The translations under genes and the position numbers were made by a program. Below the pieces are notes generated by a model. The model worked only from the letters and a program-made list of their open reading frames with translations, did not search any database and was not told where the DNA came from. Shown here piece after piece: positions 26,135 to 26,451 of a DNA stretch of 26,451 nucleotides (positions are counted from its first letter, which is position 1; every line of letters starts with the position of its first letter). The DNA comes from a virus (taxonomy: Duplodnaviria; Caudoviricetes). The stretch lies in the IMG/VR virus record IMGVR_UViG_3300038330_000008, positions 1-26,451 of that record, one strand, 5' to 3'.

Positions 26135-26427
26135 TTGAGCTTCCGCTTGGCGTGGTCGATCCGGGACTCCTCGGGCGTCATGATGCGGTGATGTTGGGCC
26201 TGCTCGTTCTCGATGCGGGCGATCTGGGCCTCAAGCTCGCGGAGTTCCCGGAACTTCCTGGCCCGCTCCAAGCCTCCCTTACTGCCTGACGCCTTGGCCT
26301 CGGCCTTGGTGTAGCGGTGGGGGTTGCCCCGCTCCCAGGCGATCTTGCCCCCACGGGAGGCGATGCGCTTGAGGGCGGTCTTGGAAATGGTCGAGAAGTA
26401 GCGCCTGCGTCCAGGGTCTATGGGCAT
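26131..26427 (-). CDS. KGG-repeat (stress-induced YciG/GsiB-like) protein
   Basis: AGGAGGT SD; IASRGGKIAWERGNPHRYTKAEAKASGSKGG matches the KGG family pattern; coiled-coil tail. Confidence 0.8.
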   Translation of the reverse strand: MPIDPGRRRYFSTISKTALKRIASRGGKIAWERGNPHRYTKAEAKASGSKGGLERARKFRELRELEAQIARIENEQAQHHRIMTPEESRIDHAKRKLK

Positions 26428-26451
26428 GGGGTACCTCCTGTACGTACGTAC

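Larger units (their letters stand above)
1..26451. mobile_element. Tailed dsDNA phage/prophage segment (podovirus-like late operon plus convergent early/middle genes)
   Basis: Order terS-terL-portal-scaffold-capsid-adaptor-nozzle-fibre-large low-complexity proteins; no tape-measure, sheath or tube genes; dense coupled ORFs; no integrase or att site visible. Confidence 0.95.

Noticed and set aside
1-26451. Genome-wide stop-codon reassignment
   Set aside because: All major genes are full length in the standard code; TAG, TGA and TAA all end genes at sensible positions; no suppressor tRNA seen.
26430-26451. GTAC tandem (GTACGTACGTAC) at the window end
   Set aside because: Only three units and cut by the window edge, so it cannot be interpreted.

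Overview
A 26.4-kb, GC-rich segment of a tailed dsDNA phage (or prophage) with podovirus-like gene order. The + strand (1-23851) is one late operon: small membrane protein, probable TerS, TerL, portal, HNH-type endonuclease, small accessory genes (Zn-ribbon, Pro/Gly-repeat protein, MmpS-like lipoprotein), scaffold, major capsid plus terminator, adaptor and nozzle-like tail proteins, two paralogous collagen-containing fibres, an inverted HNH cassette and five Pro/Gly-rich probable DNA-ejection proteins. The - strand (23811-26427) is a convergent block of small genes that includes a DpdA/TGT-like deazaguanine transglycosylase next to a YhhQ/VUT-type preQ0/preQ1 transporter, and a KGG-repeat protein. 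Three features go beyond the gene list. (i) Three gene termini are tandemly duplicated at 57-61 nt spacing with mostly synonymous changes, each creating a translationally coupled, Trp-containing mini-ORF; similar mini-ORFs fill other intergenic gaps. (ii) A + strand ORF coupled at both ends spans the inverted HNH cassette. (iii) Many 6-bp palindromic restriction sites appear to be completely absent. All family calls come from motif recognition and gene order by eye; no database search was run.
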